Notes under the pieces: model-generated | What the model was told of the DNA's origin: nothing | Database searches by the model: none | Seen by the model: the letters and a program-made list of their open reading frames with translations, nothing else | Source of the DNA: Lepidodermella squamata | Taxonomy: Eukaryota; Animalia; Gastrotricha | DNA: 64,000 nucleotides | Assembly (NCBI GenBank): GCA_047495785.1 | Contig: JBLDXI010000021.1 | Location: 62,001-126,000 of the forward strand | Direction: 5' to 3' | Position numbers and translations under genes: made by a program | Shown: positions 62,298 to 64,000 of the stretch, one piece after another | Numbering within the stretch: the first letter of the stretch is position 1 | Layout: every line of letters begins with the position of its first letter

Positions 62298-64000
62298 TCA
62301 GAAGCAGTCGACAGTAGTCTTGCAAAGATCGGGTTTAGACATGGGAATGATAACAAACATGACAAGAGGCGTGAAAGCTACGCAAGAAAGATAAACGAGG
62401 AAAACTATCCGCTTTGACACATTGGCAATATACATCCACTGGTGGCGGAGGCTTTGAAGATAGCTAGATTCACGCATTTTTATCAGTATATCATCCACAA
62501 TAATAGCCATTCTTCTATGATTCTGACTGGGAACAACTGAGTCCACTGTTAGCTGAATTGATTCGACGGCCAATTCCGTGACTGAATCAGGTAAATTGCC
62601 GTTGCTCTCATGATTCGGCATCTCACGATTATTACCATGATCAGGCGATTGGTAATCATTTTGAGCTGTTGCAGTGTTACCATTTGATCTCACATTTTTC
62701 TTCACAGGGTTTTCGTGAGTTAACTCCGAAATCTTTAGGAATTCCTTGTCAGGAGGAAGAAGGAGAACGAAGCCAACGATGCGCGCGGTCCGTGCCAGCC
62801 AACCAGGAACCGGCTTTAAATAGAAATAGGTCATTTCAGATCATTTTCCACTCATTTTCATCAACAATTATCAGTACCTTTCGTTTCTGAGCATTGTCAA
62901 TCAATAGGTATATAATACCCTCGCCCATCAAAGCCAAACCGATATAGGCCTTGAAAAATGAAGCTCAAGGTAATTTTATCCGTGAGCTTGATAACTCACC
63001 ATTTGTAAGACGATATAAACGCTCAAAGCTGGCGTCTTGGTTCCAGACCGCGGAACATCATCGACGATCATAAGCTAGACGATACGCAAAAAACTTGTCA
63101 TTTTTACTAATTATATTATACCAAAAGCTTACTTGGAATACCGTATACGCCAGTAGAGCAGTGAAGCTGATAACCATTTTCAACACCTCAGCTGTCTAAT
63201 GAACATCAAAATAAATGAATAAATGGGGGAAGAAGGAATCGAACACTTGCCGGCAATGTAAACGTCACCAGCTCAACTGCACTGATGATCGTGCTTGGAA
63301 TGATGACATTCGTGTTGTAATACTAATTCAAGTGAGTTCAATAATATGTCGATCTTGTTAAAGGAAACAAACTTACCGCGGCCTTTCGTTTGAGGTAAAA
63401 CATGAATTCAATCTGGAAGCCACCGTAAAATGTGTGCATTTATAGGACCGCAAACGTTAATAAGTATAATACCCGATCGTACTCAGTCGAATCGATTTCG
63501 TACGTAACAGAATATTTGAGAGTACCAGTTCCAACAAGATCCCACATTTCGTTTTCTGTCCAATGAATTAGATAGATGGAGGGCTGGGTTAAATTGAATC
63601 TTTGCATTTTAGAAGTTGAAAGCCAGCTAAGCAAAGAATGCAATTATTGAAAGAATATATTTGGTGTTTAAAAATCCAACCTTTCGACGTTTATGCTGCA
63701 TAGTTGATCATCAAAGGGAAACTGACATGAACAAATATAAATGCATATACAGATTACTTATAGAATACTCACGTAAGTTAGATCGAAGTTGCAAAACACA
63801 CTGAAAGTCGTTTCAGGGTAGAAAATACACTGTCCGTTGCTGTTAACCTCTACTTTGTGACCGGGACTCCGCAAAATTTCGTATATATCTCCGCTGTTTG
63901 TGATCGCTACATCAGGCATCCAGACGTCTACAGGGCGAATTTTTATGAGAAGAGCTATCGGCTATAATTATCTTAAAATAACCTTCCGCAGGAAGATGAA
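62298..64000 (-). CDS. Divergent Cys-loop ligand-gated ion channel subunit (nAChR-like, non-alpha), 5' end outside the window
   Basis: 'VWMPDVAITNS', Cys-loop 'CNFDLT|YFPFDDQLC', M1 'YYNTNVIIP', M2 'LKMVISFTALLAYTVFQ', 'DDVPRSGTKTP', MA/M4 'QWMYIANVSKRIVF'; many short introns including one GC-AG at ~63250. Confidence 0.88.

Overview
Gene-dense eukaryotic DNA from a compact-genome invertebrate animal (mostly ~50-65 bp GT-AG introns, TTAGGG-type repeats; taxon not determinable). From left: a class A GPCR whose last exon appears to add a C2H2/C2HC zinc-finger pair to its cytoplasmic tail (-), an HDHD1/PUDP-like HAD phosphatase (-), telomere-like repeats and an SLC13 transporter (+). From 10.2 kb to the end are 22 consecutive minus-strand genes, many only 115-250 bp apart. 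Eleven of them form a tandem, lineage-specific zinc-finger family (ZF1-ZF11, 10.2-41.9 kb). Members share a signature 'CPF-x-x-x-FP...RH...AH' finger, repeated four-finger blocks and SUMO/SIM-like N-terminal micro-exons, and all their introns are phase 2. Two members begin with a SMARCB1/PHF10-like winged-helix domain. The rest are seven other C2H2 genes, an RG-rich extended-Tudor gene, Rab14, HMCES and a divergent Cys-loop (nAChR-like) subunit truncated by the window edge. Two decayed LINE remnants and a tRNA-like head are also present. All gene models were spliced by eye; no searches were run.
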